Assembly: GCA_964016885.1 (NCBI GenBank) | Contig: OZ024744.1 | Span: 55,924,001-55,988,000 of the forward strand | From: Eledone cirrhosa | Lineage: Eukaryota | Reading direction: 5' to 3' | Length of the DNA stretch: 64,000 nt | In this document: piece by piece, positions 1 through 11,600 of the stretch | Layout of the letters: the number at the start of each line of letters is the position of its first letter | How positions within the stretch are numbered: position 1 is the first letter of the stretch | The notes under the pieces: model-generated | Database searches by the model: none | Seen by the model: the letters and a program-made list of their open reading frames with translations, nothing else | What the model was told of the DNA's origin: nothing | Program-made: the position numbers and the translations under genes

Positions 1-195
1 GCCTGACCATGTCTGTTTAACAACTGGTGCTGTTTGTTTATGTCCTGCAATTTAAATGTTTGTCAAATAGAAATTGATAAAATAAATACAAATTTTTTAA
101 AATATTCAAGTACTGGTGTCGATATCATTATCTAAACCCTTTAAGATGATGTCCCAGCATGACCGCAGTCTAGTAACTGAAACCAGCCAAAGGGT
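1..195 (+). mobile_element. Degenerate 3' portion of an Octopus-type SINE, truncated by the window start
   Basis: Ordered motifs CAACTGGTGCTGTTTGTTTATGTCC ... TGATAAAATAAATAC ... AAGTACTGGTGTCGAT ... GATGATGTCCCAGCATGACCGCAGTCTAGTAACTGAAACCAG resemble the abundant octopus SINE tail (...GGCGGTGCCCCAGCATGGCCGCAGTC...ATGACTGAAACAAG) as recalled from memory. The family name is not verified. Confidence 0.7.
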
Positions 196-864
196 ATGTA
201 TACATCTGTAACCCACTCATAAATCTTATTTATTTAGCAATGATTACTAAAATACGTAATGAGCACTTAAGATGGTGCATATATTCCACATTTGGCCTGG
301 AACTATTGCCAGCTCTGCATTAACCTGTTAATCAATGCAGTAACACCTGCAAGGGTTGCAGGGTAAACTGCATTACTAATTCCCCTTGCTCAAATACTGA
401 GTTGTAAATTAGGCAGTCATGATCCAGTAGAATGTCATGAAGATGAGCATCCAAGCATGTCTGTTTGCTTTTATGGCTCCATCATCTACACTCTCATTCT
501 ATCAGTGTCACTTTCTGTCTTGCTGGGACGTTTCTCTAACCAGTCACCACCTTCTGCCTGGTTGCTGCAAATATATTTGATGTAGAAATGTATGGCAGGT
601 GAGCTGGGTTGAAACAGAGGAACATGAAGAAAAGAAAGGGAATAATGTAGGAGAACGTGGTGGGGTGCGGTGGTGATGAAAATGGTACTAAACAATGATA
701 GGGTTGAGTATTGACAGGTCATATATCAGACCCTGCTATATGATTGTGGTGCAGAGGGTTCATTAGATAAATGAGAGGATGGAGTAAAGGAGTATATAGG
801 TGCAATATACAATACAGTAGAAATGGAGAAAGGTTGAAATTAATAAGTGTATATTGGGTGTCTT

Positions 865-1060
865 GCTTACACCAATGGATGGATCAGCTCTAGCACAGCA
901 TGCCATCAATCATTATTTTCCTTTGTCATCTCCATTGTGAAGTTCAGCTTTCTAAGGTCAATCGTCATCACTTCATCTCTTGTGCTTAGTTTACACTGTG
1001 TACACCCTATGGATTTTCTGTCCACCCTTTTTTGCATATCAAGCAAAGCTACTTCCTGGA
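865..1060 (-). mobile_element. RTE-clade LINE remnant, 3' piece (post-RT Cys-rich motif fused to ORF C-terminus)
   Basis: The minus strand from 1060 reads SRK*LCLICKKG, then after a frameshift VDRKSIGCTQCKLST, resembling the RTE motif WPCxxCxKGVGxNSIxCxxCxxW. It joins at ~980 directly to RDEVMTIDLRKLNFTMEMTKENND*WHAVLE, resembling the RTE C-terminus TWxEVVxxDLxxLxLxxEMTxDRxxWRxAV. Confidence 0.75.
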
Positions 1061-1925
1061 CCTCGCTGACAAGATCCTCATCAAGACAGCTGAACCTGAT
1101 GTGGCCCCAGATCTTGAGTAGGCTCTGGCCGATTAGACAGATGAAGGCCACTCTGTCCCCCAGTATACAAACATCCAACATAACTGGGATGACATCGAGT
1201 GCAGGTCTTCCTTCAGGCAGATCGAGTCTGGCTTGGACCATCACTGCCTCACTGGCCTCCGATCCGCTTCACAGTCAAACAATGGTGCATGGCTCAATTC
1301 GGTGCCCTCCTCATCAACCGGTACCCTTCTTAATGATGAGTGCACACGCATCAGAGTGGCCCAATGCCTCAGCCTTTGCATGTGTGAGCCACACAAATGC
1401 CATTGTGGGGCTGTCATTGATAAGTTTGGTCTGCATCCACTGTCATATCACCAGAGCGCGAGCTGGATCCTCTGACATGCCGCTCTCAATAACATATTAA
1501 GAAGGAGCCTAGATGCAGCTGGCTTCCCATCACAACTGTAGCTAGTAGGCCTCATCTGCAAAGACAGTAATCGCCCTGACAGAATCACCCTCTTCCCATT
1601 TGAAGAAGGTAGATCCCTCATTTGGGACGCCATATGTTGTGACATGTTCTCTGCCTCCATCTTAGTTGCTTTAGCTACAAACCCCAGTACTACGGCCCGC
1701 AATGTAAAGGACAGGAAGAGAAACGAATACTGGGGCTCGTCTGGTCGCTTCCTCTTTGCACAGTTTGCCATCGAGACCTCAGGCGTCCTTGGACACTGTA
1801 TTGCCAAGCTCCTCCAAGAAATAAGAACATCAGCAGCTCATCTGAGGGAGGGGCCCCGCAACCTTGGGTGGCTGTTGCAGAAGGTGTCACTGGCCATTGT
1901 CAAGAGATATGCCTGGTCCACGGCA
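1061..1925 (+). pseudogene. Disrupted C-terminal ORF (zinc knuckle + restriction-like endonuclease) of the CRE-like element
   Basis: In-frame stops at 1119-1121, 1134-1136, 1473-1475 and 1539-1541, with no frameshift seen. RPD lies at 1572-1580 and WD at 1623-1628. The RT domain is absent. Confidence 0.8.
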
Positions 1926-2204
1926 CGTAGTCCAAACACTGCAGCCCCAGGCCCAGAGCCCATCACTCTCTCCCCTTCTCCTTGCCTTTCTTCTGTGGCC
2001 CAAGAGTCCTTGCTTTTTCCCTTTTTTCCTTCCCATACAGCCAGATCTGCCCTTAATTTTGTTTTTATCTTTCTTTTTCATATTTATGTAATTATCAATG
2101 GTTTTGAAGATAACTTTGTGAGTTCAACCAAATGTATTTTGTATGATTATTCTGTAGTATCAACCACTGACATCAATGAATTGAACAAATAAGTATTTAT
2201 TAAA
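1061..2204 (+). mobile_element. 5'-truncated, pseudogenised CRE-like (RLE-type) non-LTR retrotransposon, nested in the RTE
   Basis: One frame (+3) joins ORF-track entries 1233..1475 and 1644..2192: ...QHNWD...GAWLNSVPSSSTGTLL...CEPHKCHCGAVIDKFGLHPLSY...*HAALNNILRRSL...RPDRITLFPFEEGRSLIWD...FAQFAIETSGVLG...LLQKVSLAIVK. This gives a zinc knuckle, RH motif, RPD(G), WD, ETxG and Q(R)xSxAI, typical of the CRE-clade C-terminus. A pyrimidine-rich presumed 3' UTR follows, with ATTAAA at 2199-2204. Confidence 0.85.
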
Positions 2205-2500
2205 AGTTTCAGTCGTGTCATTTTTCCTACTTATTCAGACTTTAGACATTTCTAAGTATACTTTTAGGCACTTTGATTCTAGGTTTTGCTTCCATGTCTG
2301 GAATTGTGCTGCTAACTTTTCTACAGATTCAGCTATAATGGCTAGATCATCACCATACACAAGTTTCTATGGAGTGCCAGTGATAAATTCCTCAGTTTTG
2401 GTCTCAATGGAGTCCTGATATATTCATCACTATACGTATTACAACTCACACCTTGCTGGGTGCATTACTATAAATGGCTTGCACAGCCTGCATAAGTCAA
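2202..2500 (-). mobile_element. RTE-clade LINE remnant, reverse-transcriptase piece
   Basis: The minus strand reads *LMQAVQAIYSNAPSKV*V, then (frameshift) NTYSDE, a gap, then EEFITGTP*KLVYGDDLAIIAESVEKLAAQFQTWKQNLESKCLKVYLEMSKV*ISRKNDTTET. The YADD-type motif YGDD is at 2357-2346. Stops and a frameshift are present. Confidence 0.9.
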
Positions 2501-2544
2501 GTGTAATGGATTGATAGTACTGTTAAACAATTTGATAGGATGGT

Positions 2545-2635
2545 TTGCTACTGGACTACATTCATTTGGTACCTATTACTAACAGCTAGATGGAGAGTGA
2601 TCTGTGACTGAACCTCATTGAACTTGTACCTTACA
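2545..2635. repeat. Highly diverged edge monomers of the satellite
   Basis: ACTGGACTACATTCATTTGGTACCTATTACTAACAGCTAGATGGAGAGTGATCTGTGACTGAACCTCATTGAACTTGTACC aligns to about 1.5 consensus units with many mismatches, compared with few mismatches per unit inside the array. Confidence 0.85.
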
Positions 2636-5600
2636 TTGACAGCTAGGTAGACTGAGGTCTGTGACTCAACTATATTGATCTGGTACCTTACATTGACAGC
2701 TAGGTAGACTGAGGTCTGTGACTCAACTATATTGATCTGGTACCTTACATTGACAGCTAGGTAGACTGTGGTCTGTGACTGAATTATATTGATCTGGTAC
2801 CTTACATTGACAGCTAGGTGGACTGTGGTCTGAGACTGAATTATATTTATCTGGTACTGAGAGCTAGGTAGACTGTGGTCTGAGACTGAACTATATTGAT
2901 CTGGTACTGACAGCTAGGTGGACTGTGGTCTGAGACTGAACTATATTGATCTGGTACCTTACATTGACAGCTAGGTGGACTGTGGTCTGAGACTGAACTA
3001 TATTTATCTGGTACTGAGAGCTAGGTAGACTGTGGTCTGAGACTGAACTATATTGATCTGGTACTGACAGCTAGGTGGACTGTGGTCTGAGACTGAACTA
3101 TATTGATCTGGTACCTTACATTGACAGCTAGGTGGACTGTGGTCTGAGACTGAACTATATTGATCTGGTACTGACAGCTAGGTGGACTGTGGTCTGTGAC
3201 TGAACTATATAGATCTGGTACTGACAGCTAGGTGGACTGTGGTCTGAGACTGAACTATATTGATCTGGTACTGACAACTAGGTGGACTGTGGTCTGAGAC
3301 TGAACTATATTGATCTGGTACTGACAGCTAGGTGGACTGTGGTGTGAGACTAAACTATATTGATCTGGTACCTTACATTGACAGCTAGGTAGACTGTGGT
3401 CTGAGACTGAACTATATTGATCTGGTACTGACAGCTAGGTGGACTGTGGTCTGAGACTGAACTATATTGATCTGGTACAGACAGCTAAGTGGACTGTGGT
3501 CTGACACTGAACTATATTGATCTGGTACTGACAGCTAGGTGGATTGTGGTCTGTGACTGAACTTTATTGATCTGGTACCTTACATTGACAGCTAGGTAGA
3601 CTGTGGTCTGAGACTGAACTATATTGATCTGGTACTGACAGCTAGGTGGACTGTGGTCTGAGACTGAACTATATAGATCTGGTACTGACAGCTAAGTGGA
3701 CTGTGGTCTGACACTGAACTATATTGATCTGGTACTGACATATAGGTGGACTGTGGTCTGAGACTGAACTATATTGATCTGGTACTGACAGCTAGGTAGA
3801 CTGTGGTCTGAGACTGAACTATATTGATGTGGTACTGACAGCTAGGTGGACTGTGGTCTGAGACTGAAATATATTGATCTGGTACCTTACATTGACAGCT
3901 AGGTAGACTGTGGTCTGAGACTGAACTATATTGATCTGGTACATTACATTGACAGCTAGGTGGACTGTGGTCTGAGACTGAACTATATTGATCTGGTACC
4001 TTACATTGACAGCTAGGTGGACTGTGGTCTGAGACTGAACTATATTGATCTGGTACCTTACATTGATAGCTAGGTAGACTGTGGTCTGAGACTGAACTAT
4101 ATTGATCTGGTACTGACAGCTTGGTGGATTGTGCTCTGAGACTGAACTATATTGATCTGGTACTGACAGCTAGGTAGACTGTGGTCTGAGACTGAACTAT
4201 ATTGATCTGGTACATTACATTGACAGCTAGGTAGACTGTGATCTGTGACAGAACCACATTGATCTTGTACCTTACGTTGACAGCTAGGTAGACTGTGGTC
4301 TGTGACTGAACTATATTGATCTGGTACAGATAGCTACGTGGACTGTGGTGTGAGACTGAATTATATTGATCTGGTACCTTACATTGACAGCTAGGTAGAC
4401 TGTGGTCTGTGACTGAATTATATTGATCTGGTACCATTACATTGACAGCTAGGTGGACTGTGGTCTGAGACTGAACTATATTGATCTGGTACTGACAGCT
4501 AGGTAGACTGTGGTGTGAGACTGAACTATATTGATCTGGTACCTTACATTGACAGCTAGGTAGACTGTGGTCTGAGACTGAACTATATTGATCTGGTAAC
4601 TTACATTGATAGCTAGGTAGACTGTGGTCTGAGACTGAACTATATTGATCTGGTACTAACAGCTAGGTGGACTGTGGTCTGAGACTGAACTATATTGATC
4701 TGGTACTGACAACTAGGTGGACTGTGGTCTGTGACTGAACTATATTGATATGGTACCTTACATTGACAGCTAGGTGGGCTGTGGTCTGAGACTGAACTAT
4801 ATTGATCTGGTACTGACAGCTAGGTGGACTGTGGTCTGAGACTGAACTATATTGATCTGGTACTGACAGCTAGGTGGACTGTGGTCTGTGACTGAACTAT
4901 ATTGATCTGGTACTGACAGCTAGGTAGACTGTGGTCTGAGACTGAACTATATTGATCTGGTAGTGACAGCTAGGTGGACTGTTGTCTGAGACTGAACTAT
5001 ATTGATCTGGTACCTTACATTGACAGCTAGTTGGACTGTGGTCTGAGACTGAACTATATTGATCTGGTACCTTACATTGACAGCTAGGTAGACTGTGGTG
5101 TGAGACTGAACTATATTGATCTGGTACCTTACATTGACAGCTAGGTAGACTGTGGTCTGAGACTGAACTATATTGATCTGGTACTGACAGCTAGCTGTAC
5201 TGTGGTCTGAGACTGAACTATATTGATCTGGTACTGACAGCTAGGTGGACTGTGGTCTGACACTGAACTATATTGATCTGGTACTGACAGCTAGGTAGAC
5301 TGTGGTCTGAGACTGAACTATATTGATCTGGTACCTTACATTGACAGCTAGGTAGACTGTGGTCTGAGACTGAACTATATTGATCTGGTACTGACAGCTA
5401 GGCAGGCTGTGGTCTGAGACTGAACTATATTGATCTGGTACTGACAGCTAGGTAGACTGTGGTCTGAGACTGAACTATATTGATCTGGTACTGACAGCTA
5501 GGTGGACTGTGGTCTGACACTGAACAATATTGATCTGGTACTGACAGCTAGGTAGACTGTGGTCTGAGACTGAACTATATTGATCTGGTACCTTACATTG

Positions 5601-8600
5601 ACAGCTAGGTAGACTGTGGTGTGAGACTGAACTATATTGATCTGGTACCTTACATTGACAGCTAGGTAGACTGTGGTCTGAGACTGAACTATATTGATCT
5701 GGTACCTTACATTGAAAGCTAGGTAGAGTGTGGTCTGAGACTGAACTATATTGATCTGGTACCTTACATTGAAAGCTAGGTAGACTGTGGTCTGTGACTG
5801 AACTATATTAATCTGGTACTGACAGCTAGGTAGACTGTGGTCTGTGACTGAATTATATTGATCTGTTACTGACAGCTAGATGGACTGTGGGCTGTGACTG
5901 AATTATATTGATCTGGTACCTTACATTGACAGCTAGGTGGACTGTGGTCTGAGACTGAACTATATTGATCTGGTACTGACAGCTAGGTGGATTGTGGTCT
6001 GTGACTGAACTTTATTGATCTGGTACCTTACATTGACAGCTAGGTGGACTGTGGTCTGTGACTGAACTATATTGATCTGGTACTGACAGCTAGGTAGACT
6101 GTGGTCTGAGACTGAACTATATTGATCTGGTAGTGACAGCTAGGTGGACTGTTGTCTGAGACTGAACTATATTGATCTGGTACCTTACATTGACAGCTAG
6201 TTGGACTGTGGTCTGAGACTGAACTATATTGATCTGGTACCTTACATTGACAGCTAGGTAGACTGTGGTGTGAGACTGAACTATATTGATCTGGTACCTT
6301 ACATTGACAGCTAGGTAGACTGTGGTCTGAGACTGAACTATATTGATCTGGTACTGACAGCTAGCTGTACTGTGGTCTGAGACTGAACTATATTGATCTG
6401 GTACTGACAGCTAGGTGGACTGTGGTCTGACACTGAACTATATTGATCTGGTACTGACAGCTAGGTAGACTGTGGTCTGAGACTGAACTATATTGATCTG
6501 GTACCTTACATTGACAGCTAGGTAGACTGTGGTCTGAGACTGAACTATATTGATCTGGTACTGACAGCTAGGCAGGCTGTGGTCTGAGACTGAACTATAT
6601 TGATCTGGTACTGACAGCTAGGTAGACTGTGGTCTGAGACTGAACTATATTGATCTGGTACTGACAGCTAGGTGGACTGTGGTCTGACACTGAACAATAT
6701 TGATCTGGTACTGACAGCTAGGTAGACTGTGGTCTGAGACTGAACTATATTGATCTGGTACCTTACATTGACAGCTAGGTAGACTGTGGTGTGAGACTGA
6801 ACTATATTGATCTGGTACCTTACATTGACAGCTAGGTAGACTGTGGTTTGAGACTGAACTATATTGATCTGGTACCTTACATTGAAAGCTAGGTAGAGTG
6901 TGGTCTGAGACTGAACTATATTGATCTGGTACCTTACATTGAAAGCTAGGTAGACTGTGGTCTGTGACTGAACTATATTAATCTGGTACTGACAGCTAGG
7001 TAGACTGTGGTCTGTGACTGAATTATATTGATCTGTTACTGACAGCTAGATGGACTGTGGGCTGTGACTGAATTATATTGATCTGGTACCTTACATTGAC
7101 AGCTAGGTGGACTGTGGTCTGAGACTGAACTATATTGATCTGGTACTGACAGCTAGGTAGACTGTGGTGTGAGACTGAACTATATTGATCTGGTACCTTA
7201 CATTGACAGCTAGGTAGACTGTGGTCTGAGACTGAACTATATTGATCTGGTACTGACAGCTAGGTGGACTGTGGTCTGAGACTGAACTATATTGATCTGG
7301 TACTGACAGCTAAGTGGACTGTGGTCTGACACTGAACTATATTGATCTGGTACTGACAGCTAGGTGGATTGTGGTCTGTGACTGAACTTTATTGATCTGG
7401 TACCTTACATTGACAGCTAGGTAGACTGTGGTCTGAGACTGAACTATATTGATCTGGTACTGACAGCTAGGTGGACTGTGGTCTGAGACTGAACTATATA
7501 GATCTGGTACTGACAGCTAAGTGGACTGTGGTCTGACACTGAACTATATTGATCTGGTACTGACATATAGGTGGACTGTGGTCTGAGACTGAACTATATT
7601 GATCTGGTACTGACAGCTAGGTAGACTGTGGTCTGAGACTGAAGAATATTGATGTGGTACTGACAGCTAGGTGGACTGTGGTCTGAGAGTGAACTATATT
7701 GATCTGGTACCTTACATTGACAGCTAGGTAGACTGTGGTCTGAGACTGAACTATATTGATCTGGTACATTACATTGACAGCTAGGTGGACTGTGGTCTGA
7801 GACTGAACTATATTGATCTGGTACCTTACATTGACAGCTAGGTGGACTGTGGTCTGAGACTGAACTATATTGATCTGGTACCTTACATTGATAGCTAGGT
7901 AGACTGTGGTCTGAGACTGAACTATATTGATCTGGTACCTTACATTGACAGCTAGGTAGACTGTGGTCTGAGACTGAACTATATTGATCTGGTACATTAC
8001 ATTGACAGCTAGGTGGACTGTGGTCTGAGACTGAACTATATTGATCTGGTACCTTACATTGACAGCTAGGTGGACTGTGGTCTGAGACTGAACTATATTG
8101 ATCTGGTACCTTACATTGACAGCTAGGTAGACTGTGGTCTGTGACTGAATTATATTGATCTGGTACCTTACATTGACAGCTAGGTGGACTGTGGTCTGAG
8201 ACTGAACTATATTGATCTGGTACTGACAGCTAGGTAGACTGTGGTGTGAGACTGAACTATATTGATCTGGTACTGACAGCTAGGTGGACTGTGGTCTGAG
8301 ACTGAACTATATTGATCTGGTACCTTACATTGACAGCTAGGTAGACTGTGGTCTGAGACTGAACTATATTGATCTGGTACCTTACATTGATAGCTAGGTA
8401 GACTGTGGTCTGAGACTGAACTACATTGATCTGGTACCTTACATTGACAGCTAGGTAGACTGTGGTCTGAGACTGAACTATATTGATCTGGTACCTTACA
8501 TTGATAGCTAGGTAGACTGTGGTCTGAGACGGAACTATATTGATCTGGTACTAACAGCTAGGTGGACTGTGGTCTGAGACTGAACTATATTGATCTGGTA

Positions 8601-11600
8601 CTGACAACTAGGTGGACTGTGGTCTGTGACTGAACTATATTGATCTGGTACCTTACATTGACAGCTAGGTAGACTGTGGTCTGAGACTGAACTATGTTGA
8701 TCTGGTACTGATAGCTAGGTAGACTGTGGTCTGAGACTGAACTATATTGATCTGGTACTGACAGCTAGGTAGACTGTGGTCTGAGACTGAATTATATTGA
8801 TCTGGTACTGACAGCTAGGTGGACTGTGGTCTGAGACTGAACTATATTGATGTGGTACTGACAGCTAGGTGGACTGTGGTCTGTGACTGAACTATATTGA
8901 TCTGGTACTGACAGCTAGGTAGACTGTGGTCTGAGACTGAACTATATTGATCTGGTAGTGACAGCTAGGTGGACTGTAGTCTGAGACTGAACTATATTGA
9001 TCTGGTCCCTTACATTGACAGCTAGTTGGACTGTGGTCTGAGACTGAACTATATTGATCTGGTACCTTACATTGACAGCTAGGTAGACTGTGGTCTTAGA
9101 CTGAACTATATTGATCTGGTACCGACAGCTAGCTGGACTGTGGACTGAGACTGAACTATATTGATCTGGTACTGACAGCTAGGTAGACTGTGGTCTGAGA
9201 CTGAACTATATTGATCTGGTACTGACAGCTAGGTAGGCTGTGGTCTGAGACTGAACTATATTGATCTGGTACTGACAGCTAGGTAGACTGTGGTCTGAGA
9301 CTGAACTATATTGATCTGGTACTGACAGCTAGGTGGACTGTGGTCTGACACTGAACTATATTGATCTGGTACTGACAGCTAGGTAGACTGTGGTCTGAGA
9401 CTGAACTATATTGATCTGGTACCTTACATTGACAGCTAGGTAGACTGTGGTGTGAGACTGAACTATATTGATCTAGTACCTTACATTGACAGCTAGGTAG
9501 ACTGTGGTCTGAGACTGAACTATATTGATCTGGTACCTTACATTGAAAGCTAGGTAGAGTGAGGTCTGAGACTGAACTATATTGATCTGGTACCTTACAT
9601 TGAAAGCTAGGTAGACTGTGGTCTGTGACTGAACTATATTGATCTGGTACCTTACATTGACAGCTAGGTAGACTGTGGTCTGTGACTGAATTATATTGAT
9701 CTGGTACCTTACATTGACAGCTAGGTGGACTGTGGTCTGAGACTGAACTATATTGATCTGGTACTGACAGCTAGGTAGACTGTGGTCTGAGACTGAACTA
9801 TATTGATCTGGTACATTACATTGACAGCTAGGTAGACTGTGATCTGTGACAGAACCACATTGATCTTGTACCTTACGTTGACAGCTAGGTAGACTGTGGT
9901 CTGTGACTGAACTATATTGATCTGGTACAGATAGCTACGTGGACTGTGGTGTGAGACTGAATTATATTGATCTGGTACCTTACATTGACAGCTAGGTAGA
10001 CTGTGGTCTGTGACTGAATTATATTGATCTGGTACCATTACATTGACAGCTAGGTGGACTGTGGTCTGAGACTGAACTATATTGATCTGGTACTGACAGC
10101 TAGGTAGACTGTGGTGTGAGACTGAACTATATTGATCTGGTACCTTACATTGACAGCTAGGTAGACTGTGGTCTGAGACTGAACTATATTGATCTGGTAA
10201 CTTACATTGATAGCTAGGTAGACTGTGGTCTGAGACTGAACTATATTGATCTGGTACTAACAGCTAGGTGGACTGTGGTCTGAGACTGAACTATATTGAT
10301 CTGGTACTGACAACTAGGTGGACTGTGGTCTGTGACTGAACTATATTGATCTGGTACCTTACATTGACAGCTAGGTGGGCTGTGGTCTGAGACTGAACTA
10401 TATTGATCTGGTACTGACAGCTAGGTGGACTGTGGTCTGAGACTGAACTATATTGATCTGGTACTGACAGCTAGGTGGACTGTGGTCTGTGACTGAACTA
10501 TATTGATCTGGTACTGACAGCTAGGTAGACTGTGGTCTGAGACTGAACTATATTGATCTGGTAGTGACAGCTAGGTGGACTGTTGTCTGAGACTGAACTA
10601 TATTGATCTGGTACCTTACATTGACAGCTAGTTGGACTGTGGTCTGAGACTGAACTATATTGATCTGGTACCTTACATTGACAGCTAGGTAGACTGTGGT
10701 GTGAGACTGAACTATATTGATCTGGTACCTTACATTGACAGCTAGGTAGACTGTGGTCTGAGACTGAACTATATTGATCTGGTACATTACATTGACAGCT
10801 AGGTGGACTGTGGTCTGAGACTGAACTATATTGATCTGGTACCTTACATTGACAGCTAGGTGGACTGTGGTCTGAGACTGAACTATATTGATCTGGTACC
10901 TTACATTGATAGCTAGGTAGACTGTGGTCTGAGACTGAACTATATTGATCTGGTACCTTACATTGACAGCTAGGTAGACTGTGGTCTGAGACTGAACTAT
11001 ATTGATCTGGTACATTACATTGACAGCTAGGTGGACTGTGGTCTGAGACTGAACTATATTGATCTGGTACCTTACATTGACAGCTAGGTGGACTGTGGTC
11101 TGAGACTGAACTATATTGATCTGGTACCTTACATTGACAGCCAGGTAGACTGTGGTCTGTGACTGAATTATATTGATCTGGTACCTTACATTGACAGCTA
11201 GGTGGACTGTGGTCTGAGACTGAACTATATTGATCTGGTACTGACAGCTAGGTAGACTGTGGTGTGAGACTGAACTATATTGATCTGGTACTGACAGCTA
11301 GGTGGACTGTGGTCTGAGACTGAACTATATTGATCTGGTACCTTACATTGACAGCTAGGTAGACTGTGGTCTGAGACTGAACTATATTGATCTGGTACCT
11401 TACATTGATAGCTAGGTAGACTGTGGTCTGAGACTGAACTACATTGATCTGGTACCTTACATTGACAGCTAGGTAGACTGTGGTCTGAGACTGAACTATA
11501 TTGATCTGGTACCTTACATTGATAGCTAGGTAGACTGTGGTCTGAGACGGAACTATATTGATCTGGTACTAACAGCTAGGTGGACTGTGGTCTGAGACTG

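Noticed and set aside
506-598. Possible 93-bp exon (pyrimidine tract + CAG ending at 505; CAG|GTGAGC at 598/599)
   Set aside because: All three frames contain stops and no transcript evidence is available.
486-722. 78-aa minus-strand ORF
   Set aside because: It has no recognisable motif, and its length is compatible with chance.
719-743. Small hairpin TCATATA-T-CAG-ACC-CTG-C-TATATGA
   Set aside because: The stem is short and AT-rich, as expected by chance.
847-1500. 217-aa plus-strand ORF
   Set aside because: It is an off-frame read across antisense RTE and the CRE-like element. The conserved motifs lie in a different frame.
1045-2215. Target-site duplication around the CRE-like insertion
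   Set aside because: The flanks (…AAAGCTACTTCCTGGA and AAAAGTTTCAGTC…) share no convincing direct repeat.
906-2418. ORFs 906-1244, 1448-1807, 1690-1890, 1864-2091, 1887-2081 and 2215-2418
   Set aside because: These are antisense or alternate-frame shadows of the retroelements. Only the C-terminal ~40 aa of 906-1244 is genuine RTE remnant.
10610-11230. 3x57 = 171 bp coincidence with alpha-satellite or nucleosome length
   Set aside because: No trimeric periodicity of variants or sequence similarity supports it; the match is numerical only.
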